A DNA stretch of 64,000 nucleotides from a virus (taxonomy: Duplodnaviria; Caudoviricetes): positions 23,482 through 87,481 of IMG/VR virus record IMGVR_UViG_2609460227_000001; one strand, 5' to 3'. The translations under genes were made by a program, and so were the position numbers. Shown piece by piece: positions 8,804-18,404 of the stretch. Below the pieces are notes generated by a model. That model ran no database searches and had not been told where the DNA came from. It saw only the letters and a program-made list of their open reading frames with translations. The stretch's first letter is position 1. Each line of letters opens with the position of its first letter.

Positions 8804-10303
8804 ATGGCCAGAAAATTAAAGTCACTCCGTTCGGATCCTCGCTGGCCTGAACTGGTAAAGAAATATCGCTATAACTGGACACGCTTTGCTGTAGAGCAAA
8901 TAGGCCTACAGCCAACGCCACAACAGCGACAAATCATAGAAGGCACCCAAGAGATAGGGTGTCGCGTTGCGGTCGCGTCAGGGCACGGTACAGGCAAATC
9001 TAGCCTATCTGCCATCATGATCCTGGCATACATGGTGACGTTCCCCGAGTCGCGTATTGTCGTCGTGGCCAACAACGCCCGCCAGGTACAGATCGGTATT
9101 TGGAAAAACCTCCGCAAATATTGGAACGAATTTACTCGGCGCACGCCCTGGATTGAGCAGTATTTCGTCCTGACTGATACACAGTTCTATGAGAGGACAT
9201 GTAAAGGCAGTTGGTCGGTTGGTAGTAAGTCATGCCGATTGGGCCAAGAAGAAGCCCTCGCTGGTGAACACGGCAAATACTATATGGTTATTGTCGATGA
9301 GGCCTCGGGTGTATCCGATAAAGCCATGGGTATCCTATCTGGTGCATTGACCGAAGAAGATAACCGCATGCTCATGCTATCGCAGCCAACGCGGCCGGCC
9401 GGTTTCTTCTATGACGCGCATCATTCCCTGGCAAAGACGCCTGACGGGAAAGGCACCTGGTTATCCATCAAGCTCAACTCAGAAGAATCGCCGCTAGTAA
9501 CGATCAAGTTCATCAAGGAGAAGTTGCTGCAGTATGGCGGCCGTGAGAATCCCGAATACCTAATAAAAATCCGTGGTGAGTTCCCCAAACAGATCTCCGG
9601 TTTCCTATTGGGCCGTGATGAATGTGACCGAGCCGCACGCCGTAAGGTCAAAATTGGCCGTGAGTGGGGCTGGGTGGCGCTGGTGGACGTTGGTAATGGC
9701 CGAGATAGTTCGGTGCTTAATATCTGCCGTGTCAGCGGCTTTGGTCGCCAGCGGCGCGTTGTGTCGTACAAGATCAAGGAAATGGACGGCAGCATAGACC
9801 CGGTGACGTTCGCCGATGTTATCCATGCTGAATGCGGCGGTGACACTTATCCAAACATAACCATAGTGGTCGATAGTGACGGTGTGGGTTATGACACAGC
9901 AACGTGCCTTGAGCGATACGGTATGCGGGTGCAACGCATTAGATGGGGTAAGCGTATGCACTCCACCAGCGATCGCCAGCGTTTCGTTAACCAACGCGCC
10001 TACGCACACATCCAATTGCGTGATGCCATCCGTTCGGGCCGGATTAAGTTAGACCGAGACAGCAAGACAGCCGAACAAATGTCTAAATTGCCATGTGCCA
10101 TTAACGAACAGGGCCAGTGGGCAATGATGCCTAAGAAGGTGATGAGGGAAAAACACAACATCAAGTCGCCCGACCGCTCAGATACTTACTGCTTTTCGTT
10201 CCTGGCCAACTATGTACCAGTCCATATGACGATCACGGATGAAATGCTAGAGCAGCGTAGTGAAGTAGAGGAATGGCTAATGGAGGAAGAAGCGGCAGCA
10301 TAA
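8804..10303 (+). CDS. pacB: Terminase large subunit PacB
   Basis: DPRWPELV..YRYNW, Walker A SGHGTGKS, VDEASGV, DVGNGRD, KSPDRSD; closely P1-like. Confidence 0.95.
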   Translation: MARKLKSLRSDPRWPELVKKYRYNWTRFAVEQIGLQPTPQQRQIIEGTQEIGCRVAVASGHGTGKSSLSAIMILAYMVTFPESRIVVVANNARQVQIGIWKNLRKYWNEFTRRTPWIEQYFVLTDTQFYERTCKGSWSVGSKSCRLGQEEALAGEHGKYYMVIVDEASGVSDKAMGILSGALTEEDNRMLMLSQPTRPAGFFYDAHHSLAKTPDGKGTWLSIKLNSEESPLVTIKFIKEKLLQYGGRENPEYLIKIRGEFPKQISGFLLGRDECDRAARRKVKIGREWGWVALVDVGNGRDSSVLNICRVSGFGRQRRVVSYKIKEMDGSIDPVTFADVIHAECGGDTYPNITIVVDSDGVGYDTATCLERYGMRVQRIRWGKRMHSTSDRQRFVNQRAYAHIQLRDAIRSGRIKLDRDSKTAEQMSKLPCAINEQGQWAMMPKKVMREKHNIKSPDRSDTYCFSFLANYVPVHMTITDEMLEQRSEVEEWLMEEEAAA

Positions 10304-10334
10304 AAGAAAGCCACCAGCATTTACGCTGGTGGCC
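10304..10334. terminator. Hairpin between convergent pacB and c1
   Basis: gccaccagc-atttac-gctggtggc preceded by an A-rich run. Confidence 0.65.
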
Positions 10335-10345
10335 AATATCGAGCA

Positions 10346-11197
10346 TTATCTTTTGTCGTCTGACTTTTTATCGTATATGCCTCGAATCATGTTCTGTTTG
10401 ATCCTGGCCTCAGTCTCAACTATGTCTGAGATTCGATAAAGTTTGCCGTTGTATGGCATGTACGTCGATATAGGCTCAACGTGGTCATATACAGACGCAC
10501 GTTTCTCTTTAGTCTCACTTTGAGTGATATGTAGTTCATTTCTCTTATATCTAACATGCTCATGTTTAGATATAGAACACAGGTAGATACCTGAATCATG
10601 AACTTTGATCTTGTGATCAGCCGTATCACCTTCAAAGCGTAGTTTTAGAATGACTTCATTATAGTTATCCGCTCGAATACGGTATTGCTTATCCAAACCT
10701 TCATCGGTGAATCTTTTAATTTCGTCTTCTATTCTCTTTATTTCGTACTCAAACGAGCCATGATCAGGCTTTATCTTGTAGCCTTTTAACATGCGTTCAA
10801 GTCTTCTTACGTGCATGTGGCCAGTTATGTTTCTTGTAGATGTTGCACGGTTTACATATAGACCACACTTAAACACATCGGTGTATAGCGTTGGTTCTGG
10901 TGTAAACATGACACTATTCATTGGGAATCGAATTGGATCAGCGTTGTGAAGTTCTTCACGCGCAGCCTTCCACTTATCAATTCTTTGTTGAACACCGGCA
11001 CGAGTACGCCCGTCATTAATGACGACAACTGGACGGCGTTTAACCTGAACAGGTTGGCCATCCTCGATAACTTCAACTACTTCATAATATTCTGCGTTAT
11101 CTAAGGTCCATTTTCTTAGTTCAGCAGTGCAGCTATTGAAGTATTTAATTGCTTGTGTGAGAGATTTACTATCACTCATTATCGTTTCAGCCTTCAT
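10346..11197 (-). CDS. c1: Primary repressor C1
   Basis: 283 aa, convergent with pacB as in P1; RPVVV..IDKW..AREEL and SVYDHVEPI..KLYRISDI match P1 C1 motifs. Confidence 0.85.
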   Translation of the reverse strand: MKAETIMSDSKSLTQAIKYFNSCTAELRKWTLDNAEYYEVVEVIEDGQPVQVKRRPVVVINDGRTRAGVQQRIDKWKAAREELHNADPIRFPMNSVMFTPEPTLYTDVFKCGLYVNRATSTRNITGHMHVRRLERMLKGYKIKPDHGSFEYEIKRIEDEIKRFTDEGLDKQYRIRADNYNEVILKLRFEGDTADHKIKVHDSGIYLCSISKHEHVRYKRNELHITQSETKEKRASVYDHVEPISTYMPYNGKLYRISDIVETEARIKQNMIRGIYDKKSDDKR

Positions 11198-11621
11198 CTT
11201 ATTAAGTAGTTAGTTTGGGCGATTTGAGAAACGGTATTCAATGAACTCGGTTTCTCATTTTCCTTGTCATACGGAAAATTGTTAGGACAAGGAGCGTTTC
11301 GCATATGCAATCCATTGTTATTCGCCACCATGTAAATTTATCGCAAAACGACATCCATTAATAGAGATTTCATTATTAGAATGAACATTTATGGCAATAT
11401 AGTGACAGTTACCCATGCTTGCTAGTCCAGTAATATAGTCAAATTATAGGCGTTTTAAGTCAGCGGTAACTTAATGACATTGCGGTGCTATTGTGCCACA
11501 TCCATTTTTTCGTAGTTAGTGTGATCTTATACATAGGTTAGTTTGATTTATAAGCGGGATACAAAAAGAGCGCCAAAGGGCGCTCAGTTTTTAAAGGATA
11601 GGTAATAAGGTTGTTAGGATG

Positions 11622-11837
11622 TCAGTCATCATAAAGAAATTCTGAAATGTATTTCTCAAGTTCGGCCGCACAATCAGGGTGAGAAGATATTTCGTTGGGG
11701 AGTCTATTAATACACTCACGCATTACAAATTGGATATAGCTACGCTTACACTCGATGTCCGATTCACCCGGTGCATTTGCCAAAAAAGGAAGCAGGAAGT
11801 CAGCAGTGATGTTGGCATCGATGTTAATTCTTGTCAT
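11622..11837 (-). CDS. Small acidic protein, possible Coi (C1 inactivator) analogue
   Basis: 71 aa, acidic, upstream of c1 on the same strand like P1 coi; positional. Confidence 0.4.
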   Translation of the reverse strand: MTRINIDANITADFLLPFLANAPGESDIECKRSYIQFVMRECINRLPNEISSHPDCAAELEKYISEFLYDD

Positions 11838-12444
11838 TACGGAAGATCCATTGCCTGTGGTGTAGCGGCTGCAATTTTAATAACAATATTTTGTGACAGT
11901 GTGTTCGCACTGTCATAAAAGCGGTCGCAAAAGTGTATAAATTATCGGGATCGTCGCCAAAATAGCTTATGTATCAGTGACATTGATCCAAAAGTGTAGA
12001 TGGATGGGTTGCAATATTCTATTAAGCCATTTCTTATTTATCAAGTGGCGAATCTATCCCTCCAAAGCATTAAGCGCCTTTGTTGTGCCTGCTAATCTAG
12101 CAAAGACAAGATATTGCGCCCTTGATTTAACAATAATTATTTCCTTTTGGTTTCCATTTCTGGACAGTAGCCGTGTCCTGAGTGTTAACAAAAAGGGAGA
12201 ATACCCCTTAAATGGCATATTCATCAAGAATTGAATTTGGTTTTGTCAGGCCAGCGTTAGGAATGGCTATTCCAGCGGCAAAAGTCGATAAAGTTGGACA
12301 TTGCCAAAGCATGCTTTTATTTGATGAAACATATTGCTTATGTCGATAAATTTTATTTATCGTACAAATAGGAGTGACACGGTAACGTGTCACAAAACGT
12401 GCAACGTCAGGCACGATTACCCTGTTTGTAGAATCATTCCGTAT

Positions 12445-12480
12445 ATTTAGTGTGATCTTTAGATAAAGATAACACTAAAT
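12445..12480. repeat. 36-bp imperfect inverted repeat
   Basis: atttagtgtgatcttt-agat-aaagataacactaaat; 15/16 arm match. Confidence 0.75.
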
Positions 12481-12635
12481 CCAATATTACCGCCCTATCC
12501 TATTGTTGTTTAAGTTGTTGTTTTTAAATGGTTTATTGGCTGGTGGCTTGGTTTATGTTTTCCAGGCGAGGCAATCAAAAAAAGACCGTTAATAACATGT
12601 TAATGCTCATTTTGCAGTCATGCTGTCTACAAGTG

Positions 12636-12664
12636 TTGACAACTATATAGGAAGTGTCTACACT
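12636..12664 (+). promoter_or_regulatory. Sigma70 promoter with overlapping palindromic operator
   Basis: TTGACA-17 bp-TACACT; palindrome aagtgt-ct-acactt overlaps the -10. Confidence 0.7.
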
Positions 12665-12711
12665 TGTATCCAAGGTAAGGGTTTTCCTTGCCCTTCGCAG
12701 TAAAATGCGAT

Positions 12712-12725
12712 TGTTCTTTAACAAT
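12712..12725 (+). promoter_or_regulatory. boxA-like Nus element
   Basis: TGTTCTTTAACAAT versus rrn boxA TGCTCTTTAACA, preceded by hairpin tcgca-gtaaaa-tgcga. Confidence 0.55.
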
Positions 12726-12758
12726 GAGACTTACCAATAACCTTTTGGAGTAAAGCCT

Positions 12759-12992
12759 ATAAAATATCATTCGGATAAGAGCGTAAATGAGTCAATCATT
12801 TATGCCATCGAGAATGGTTGGGTCTACAAGAAGAAAGGCAACGGCCACACGGTCGGCTATCTTCTTTGTACTGGCGATTCAAACGGGGATCACAACGCGG
12901 TTGATTGCATGATCGCCGTGTTTGGTTCACCAAAGAATCCCACCAACCACGCTAAAAAGCTAAGAGCGGCAGTCGACGGCCATTCTTGCTAA
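12759..12992 (+). CDS. HicA-like small toxin (77 aa, ATA start; absent from ORF track)
   Basis: KYHSDKSVNESIIYAIENGWVYKKKGNGHTVG..C..C.IAVFGSPKNPTNHAKKLRAAVD; GGAG RBS 8 nt upstream. Confidence 0.65.
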   Translation: MKYHSDKSVNESIIYAIENGWVYKKKGNGHTVGYLLCTGDSNGDHNAVDCMIAVFGSPKNPTNHAKKLRAAVDGHSC

Positions 12993-13085
12993 TACGATAG
13001 GTTGTCACCGAGTGATCGGTGACATCCTTTATCCCTTTGATTCCAAAGAGTTACAAGTCTCATATGTTGAAGTTTGGAGTATGTA

Positions 13086-13618
13086 ATGAAAGAGTATGAC
13101 TTTGCACTGGTCGTATCCAGCGCGATGCGGTTACAGAGGGCACCATCTGCACTATCGCAGATAACTTATTTGAAGCTGGCGCAGAAGACGCCACGGTTTC
13201 ATCTAAGGGTAATGTCCTTGTTGTAGACTTTGACAGGGAAGCGGATTCGTATGAGGAAGCTGTCGTTAGTGCTATCAAGGAAGTAAACAGCGTAGATGGA
13301 TTGACAGTTAAGAGTGTTGATGCCGGGCAATTCGTCGGCTTATCAGACGCGGCAGAAATGTCGAACTTAACAAGATCCGCGCTATCAAAATTTAGCAAAG
13401 GTGATAGAGGTGACGGAACATTCCCGACCCCATTCCTACGAGTAAGTGGTAAAAACCCACTATTCGATTGGGGTGAAATCGCCAACTGGCTCGAAACCCG
13501 AGGCTTAGTTGAAGATGGGACCGCTCACAATGCCAGAGTAACAGCCAATATCAACATGGCGCTCCGGCTAAAGAATGGCGAACTTGAAGAAGTGTCACGG
13601 ATAGTTGCAGCCATATAA
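13086..13618 (+). CDS. HicB-like antitoxin with C-terminal AlpA-type HTH (indel near 13120)
   Basis: MKEYDFALVV..LFEAGAEDAT..VDFDREADSYEEAVVSAI then VGLSDAAEM..TRSAL..FPTP..PLFDWGEIANW. Confidence 0.7.
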
Positions 13619-13660
13619 GTTACGCACAAGATAATAGATAGGCACAAAAGTCTCATTGAT

Positions 13661-13688
13661 TGCCACCGGTTCGCCGGTGGCTTTTTTT
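13661..13688 (+). terminator. Intrinsic terminator
   Basis: gccaccgg-ttcg-ccggtggc followed by T7. Confidence 0.8.
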
Positions 13689-14111
13689 ATGCCTGAACAA
13701 GTTTAGATCAGCTAGTGGAGATCCAGGGGAGCAAAGGCCACCAGCACAAAAAAAGCGGCCGCGTGTGCGGCCAGCTTGGTGAGTGGGTTAAGCCCACTAC
13801 TCTATTAACTGAAAAAACTAATTACCGTATCGATATTCCCCGCAAATTCACACAGCGTTACAGTGAACGCAAACATGTAGTTGTCATTTATTTTGTTCAT
13901 TACTTTTGTTGCTTTCTTTATTGCACTCACCGCTTTATTTTTAGTTGCGCCAGTGATACGCAAAACAAATGATTTTCTCATTGCTCCTTTGTTTTTTAAA
14001 GGTTAATAACTTTTTCGGGCGAGTGCAAATAAAGTGGCGGCACAAATATGAGAAATTTCAGGATAGTGCTATACTATTTTTACTCATAAGAGAGATAGAG
14101 AAATAAAGCCA

Positions 14112-14368
14112 ATGAAAAACAATGAGATAAGTGTAAATGCAACGCAATTGCTTATCGTTGCTGACCACATTGGGACGCGGATGATGTGATGCGGGCGCTA
14201 CGTTATTGTCTTATTGATGGAATGACGCGTTACGCAGCCGAGAAAAAGGCAGGCATAGCTCACAATTCACTTGGAAAGAAGATTAATAGAGTCCTCGCTG
14301 AGATTGAATATATTAAGTCATTCAATAAAGCTGGCACCGCTGAATTTCAGCATTCACTAGATATTTAA
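14112..14368 (+). CDS. Small HTH regulator (PapB/TrfB-like), apparent indel
   Basis: ALRYCLIDGMTRYAAEKKAGIAHNSLGKKINR. Confidence 0.5.
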
Positions 14369-14377
14369 GGATAAATA

Positions 14378-14998
14378 ATGGCAAGTCCAAAGATGAAAGC
14401 AATCAAGCTGGCAAAGTTAAAAAAATTACTGCCAGTGCTGCGACAAGAAATAAAAGCCAAGATTGATGAGAAGGCCGCTCACGCACAAGTAATGTTACCA
14501 GCCGGTGGCCCTGCTGCCGCCGCCGCTTATAGCTGTTTGGTGATCAACTCGCTGATGACGGATGCGCTAATCGAACATGGGTTTTCCCATGCTCGCATGG
14601 TGGCCGGTAAGGCGGCGTTCGGCGTGAATAAGGGGAAGTTCGGCGTCTTGGACTACGGTTACTCACAGCAAGCTGACACGCTAAACGTCTTGGGACTCGC
14701 CGGTGATGAAAACACATTCTACGGTCATGCTTGGATAGAGATCCCTGACCTGAAAATTATCGTGGATGCCCTGCTTCCAGAGCTACAGACAATCCTAGCA
14801 ATGGATAACAGCATGCGTGGCTTTAATGACAATACGTGCCTACTGAGCAAGGATATGATCGTTGAATCAAGTAACACCATATCATTTGCCAAGATCATCG
14901 ATGAGTTCGCTATAGGCCACCACTACCAAAAGAACGCAGAGCTAACCGAGTCTGCCAATATCCGCATTGATAATTTCAGATCTGTACTCGGGTTGTAA
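14378..14998 (+). CDS. Putative transglutaminase/papain-like Cys protein
   Basis: SCLVINSLMTDALIEHGF ... GHAWIEI ... IIVD gives a candidate C-H-D triad. Confidence 0.5.
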   Translation: MASPKMKAIKLAKLKKLLPVLRQEIKAKIDEKAAHAQVMLPAGGPAAAAAYSCLVINSLMTDALIEHGFSHARMVAGKAAFGVNKGKFGVLDYGYSQQADTLNVLGLAGDENTFYGHAWIEIPDLKIIVDALLPELQTILAMDNSMRGFNDNTCLLSKDMIVESSNTISFAKIIDEFAIGHHYQKNAELTESANIRIDNFRSVLGL

Positions 14999-15000
14999 TC

Positions 15001-15702
15001 ATGAAGTTTTGGAGTTCAGAAGCCGCCAGGGCAACGCAAGCCAAGATGACGCGTATGGCTAATGGCTTAGAAAAGGAAGTGATGAATACACCTCAAGTCT
15101 TGTCTCTACTGTCACAAGATGAGCGTGACGCCATCGCTACAACAATTAAGACGCTGCGAGAGTTGAAAGATAAGGCTGCCAAGCAGAAAGAGGTGCACGC
15201 ACGCAGGGAAAACGAGAAAAAGCGGTTTGTTGAAAACATGAATGCCGCCATTAAGCGTGCTATTAACAAGTCTGGCCTATTGAAGCCTGCCTTCTATATG
15301 GATCGACAGCGTATCCATTTGCTGATGACGGTAGCGGCCATATGCGAGGAACGTGCCTATCACATTTGTTCGTCGGAAGATTTGATGCTAGAGGCCGAGG
15401 TCGAGTGTACGGAAGAACGCCGCGCCGAGATACGCAGAATCCGATATGAACGGCTGTATGAGCATTTTGAAGCGGGGCTGGAAAAGGCGATTAGGTATAA
15501 GAGCCTTCGCTATAACGTAGATACTGACAGCTACAGCGAGATCATGCCACCAGCGCAGGCCTTGCAGGAGATTATGGGGTCTATCACTCCGCAGGTTGAA
15601 GCTAAGTTGGACGCCAGATATGGCAAGTATATCGAGGCGATTGAGGCGTACAACAGAGCGGTTACAGCCAAGAAACTGAGAAGCACATTTAAATCGGTTT
15701 AG
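15001..15702 (+). CDS. Hypothetical helical protein
   Basis: 233-aa ORF, coiled-coil-like N-terminus. Confidence 0.6.
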   Translation: MKFWSSEAARATQAKMTRMANGLEKEVMNTPQVLSLLSQDERDAIATTIKTLRELKDKAAKQKEVHARRENEKKRFVENMNAAIKRAINKSGLLKPAFYMDRQRIHLLMTVAAICEERAYHICSSEDLMLEAEVECTEERRAEIRRIRYERLYEHFEAGLEKAIRYKSLRYNVDTDSYSEIMPPAQALQEIMGSITPQVEAKLDARYGKYIEAIEAYNRAVTAKKLRSTFKSV

Positions 15703-15706
15703 GCAA

Positions 15707-15775
15707 TTACACACGCGTGTGTATTAATGCTTTACACACGCGTGTGTATTAATGCTTTACACACGCGTGTGTATT
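15707..15775. repeat. 25-bp tandem repeat x2.8, each unit with the 16-bp palindrome TACACACGCGTGTGTA
   Basis: Unit ttacacacgcgtgtgtattaatgct at 15707, 15732 and 15757 (partial); overlaps TTTACA-17-TAGGAT promoter at 15756-15784. Confidence 0.9.
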
Positions 15776-15848
15776 GGGTAGGATTAGTCTCGTTGGTTCA
15801 AGGTTGTTACCGACGTACACCCTATCCATTCCAAAGTAAGGTGAATAT

Positions 15849-16279
15849 ATGTTTTTAAGCATTGGTATAGAGTCCCCTAAGCATGACGATGAGGCGTATG
15901 GCATTGCAGTGCCCGCTTTGTGCATCGGTGATTATGGTTGTTTCGGGGCGGCTGATGAGTCGGCGAACATTGCCGAATGCGCTCAGGATGCAATTGACGG
16001 CATTCTATTGGCCATGGCGGAGGATGAGTTCGATATTGATGGCATCGTTGATCTTGGTGCGCTTGAGTATCAAAAAATGAGGACTACGCGCATTGTGATA
16101 GCTGGTTAATGTTGGATGTTGATCTGTCCGAGTATTCCAGCCAGGCAAAGCGTATAAACGTAAGCCTACCGTCGGCGCTAATTAAAGTGATTGATAACGC
16201 GGTTAAGAGTAAAGGCAGCCAGTACAAGGATCGCAGCGACTTTCTTGCCACTGCCGCCCGTTCTGAATTGCGCGGTTAA
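15849..16279 (+). CDS. hicB: HicB family antitoxin with C-terminal RHH (indel in A-run near 16075)
   Basis: YGIAVPAL..GCFGAAD; restored C-terminus KRINVSLP..LIKVID..YKDRSDFLATAAR. Confidence 0.8.
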
Positions 16280-16347
16280 TTGGCTGGTGGCGAATGAGCT
16301 ACGCCACTACAGCAACACATAATCCTAATAACAATGAGAGTAAAGCC

Positions 16348-16977
16348 ATGGCTGGTGCAACTGCATCGTCAGTTCGTAGTAAAGACGAGCTAGTTTCCAT
16401 CTTGCGTAAGATTGACATGATTAACCCGGTGATCCGATTGATGCTTGAGTTTGAAGCACGTACCGGGTTGCGTTATGTCGATGCCTCACAAATCAAATGG
16501 GCTGATGTCATGATTAACGGCGTGTACCGAGAGAGTTTCACGTTAGTTATGTCTAAGTCGTACAACAAACGCCTATCCAATGGCATGAGTGAGGCCAATG
16601 CGCGTCAGGCCTCGCTAAAAACCATTCACCTTAATGATGAAATGGTGGCATTGCTGGATGACCTGAAAGAGTTCACTGGTGGCCTCACCGTGTTGTTTGA
16701 GTCTACTCACCATCACGCCAAGGGCGGCAAGGCGATTACCATTAACTACGTTAACCGCAAACTCAAAGAGGTGGCCATTGAGCTAGGTCTGCCCTATCAA
16801 CTGTCAACTCACAGCATGCGTAAATCATTTTCGATGTTTGTACTTGAGGCTGGTGGCCAAATCCATGACTTACAGCGATTGCTATGCCATTCATCGCTGG
16901 CCGTCACTGATCACTACGTTCGTGGCCTATTGGATAACAGCCGACAGCTAACCGACTCAATCAGTTTTAGCGTGTAA
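16348..16977 (+). CDS. Tyrosine recombinase, catalytic domain only
   Basis: RTGLR, STHSMRKSF, LLCHSSLAVTDHY catalytic R-H-x-x-R-H-Y. Confidence 0.9.
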   Translation: MAGATASSVRSKDELVSILRKIDMINPVIRLMLEFEARTGLRYVDASQIKWADVMINGVYRESFTLVMSKSYNKRLSNGMSEANARQASLKTIHLNDEMVALLDDLKEFTGGLTVLFESTHHHAKGGKAITINYVNRKLKEVAIELGLPYQLSTHSMRKSFSMFVLEAGGQIHDLQRLLCHSSLAVTDHYVRGLLDNSRQLTDSISFSV

Positions 16978-16992
16978 TAGTGAGTTAAGAAA

Positions 16993-17256
16993 ATGACAGA
17001 GCAGGAACGGGAATTAACGGAAAAGCTACGGGCCACACTAGATGGCCATGCCAAGATTATGTATCCGCGATGCGAGGTACAAATTAGGTTTGGGAGTATC
17101 TATAAGGTTCATGACTATTGGTGGTCGAAAGTGACATTCATTAAGCCGTGCGACTATGAGCAAGAACGTCAGTTCGAGGTTGAGCATAAATACGATTATT
17201 TCTATGACCACAAAGATGACACTTGGGGTCCGGCAAAAAATGGGGAGTTCAAATGA
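16993..17256 (+). CDS. Small hypothetical protein (paralogue 1)
   Basis: 87 aa; GSIY..W..VT..YFYD..W. Confidence 0.6.
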   Translation: MTEQERELTEKLRATLDGHAKIMYPRCEVQIRFGSIYKVHDYWWSKVTFIKPCDYEQERQFEVEHKYDYFYDHKDDTWGPAKNGEFK

Positions 17257-17522
17257 CATCGATTGAGCAGCAACTAGAGCAGCAGCTAATCGACGCACTA
17301 CGTAAGGAAGACGCCGCCAACATCAAAAGCGGCGCTTACATGGTAGAGGTTCGCAGCACATTGGATGGCTCAATATACCAAGACGATGACGGGCGCCGCT
17401 ATTGGGGGAACGTTACCCGTCGCTGGGATGGCGAAGACGGTTTCCCCGAAGAAATGACAGCCAAATACTTTTACGATGAGCGCACCGGCAAATGGTACGC
17501 GTACACAAGCCAGTATGATTGA
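17253..17522 (+). CDS. Small hypothetical protein (paralogue 2)
   Basis: 89 aa; GSIY..W..VT..YFYD..W; GGAG RBS. Confidence 0.6.
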   Translation: MTSIEQQLEQQLIDALRKEDAANIKSGAYMVEVRSTLDGSIYQDDDGRRYWGNVTRRWDGEDGFPEEMTAKYFYDERTGKWYAYTSQYD

Positions 17523-18208
17523 TGAAAATCTACATATACGCTCGCGTATCCACTAAGAAGCAGGCCGATCGCGGCCTGTCTATCGATGCCCAGGTGGAGA
17601 ACGCAATCAACATGGCCAGAATGAGCCACCAGCGGGAGCCAGACGGCGTATTCATCGATATGGGTGTATCGGGTTCGGTTGAGTTGGCAGAGCGGCCAGA
17701 GGGCGGCCAGCTATTCAATATCGCCGATGACGGCGACGTGATCATTGCGGTAAAGCTGGATCGTTTATTTAGAGATACCGTGGATGGACTACTGACAGCT
17801 AATGAGCTGGTATTAGATCGCGGCGTGCAGATCATTACTGGCGACTTTGGCGAGTTGGATATTCACAGTCCAATGCGTAAATTCCTATTCACCCAAGCGT
17901 TAGCCATGGCCGAGTTCGAGCGTGCGAAAGCCGTAGAACGGACGCAAGACGTTAAGCGCAAACAGAGCCGCAGTGGTGCCTATTGCGGTGGATACGTACC
18001 AATTGGGAAAGAAGTTATCGAGCAGGATGGCAAGCGGATGCTGGTGGATGATGAAGACGCCGAGCATATGCTGCAGATCATGACCGATTTACGCCAGATA
18101 CGCGGCTTGAGCTACCGCGCTATTGAGCATGCAATGTTAGAGGAACACGGTTACACAGTGTCTTACAAAACGGTCGAACGCCAGTTAAAAGCCCGTGGCA
18201 TTGAGTAG
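17522..18208 (+). CDS. Serine recombinase (resolvase/invertase family)
   Basis: YARVSTKKQ, DMGVSG..ERP, KLDRLFR, AEFER. Confidence 0.92.
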   Translation: MKIYIYARVSTKKQADRGLSIDAQVENAINMARMSHQREPDGVFIDMGVSGSVELAERPEGGQLFNIADDGDVIIAVKLDRLFRDTVDGLLTANELVLDRGVQIITGDFGELDIHSPMRKFLFTQALAMAEFERAKAVERTQDVKRKQSRSGAYCGGYVPIGKEVIEQDGKRMLVDDEDAEHMLQIMTDLRQIRGLSYRAIEHAMLEEHGYTVSYKTVERQLKARGIE

Positions 18209-18404
18209 CAACATTTAACATGCACCTTTCAACGTTTCGCCAAGTGCCCAGCAAACAAGGCACTTCCGATGACGTTTTTCCTAAAAACTTTCACTAATAT
18301 CCTAACAAAACGGGATTTTTACCTGTTTTAAGGTAGACCATTCTATACAGTGGGCGTATATTAACGCCCGTTACTTTCCTAACAACTTTTTTAGAGAGCG
18401 GTAT

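Noticed and set aside
11977-12414. ORFs in the AT-rich region upstream of c1/coi
   Set aside because: Non-ATG starts, no RBS and atypical composition; more plausibly regulatory DNA.
15707-15775. Palindromic repeats as a CRISPR array
   Set aside because: Units are contiguous and identical with no unique spacers, and no cas genes are present.
17522-18208. Serine recombinase as the Cin tail-fibre invertase
   Set aside because: It lies about 30 kb from the fibres, both fibre cassettes are in direct orientation, and no cix-like inverted sites were seen.
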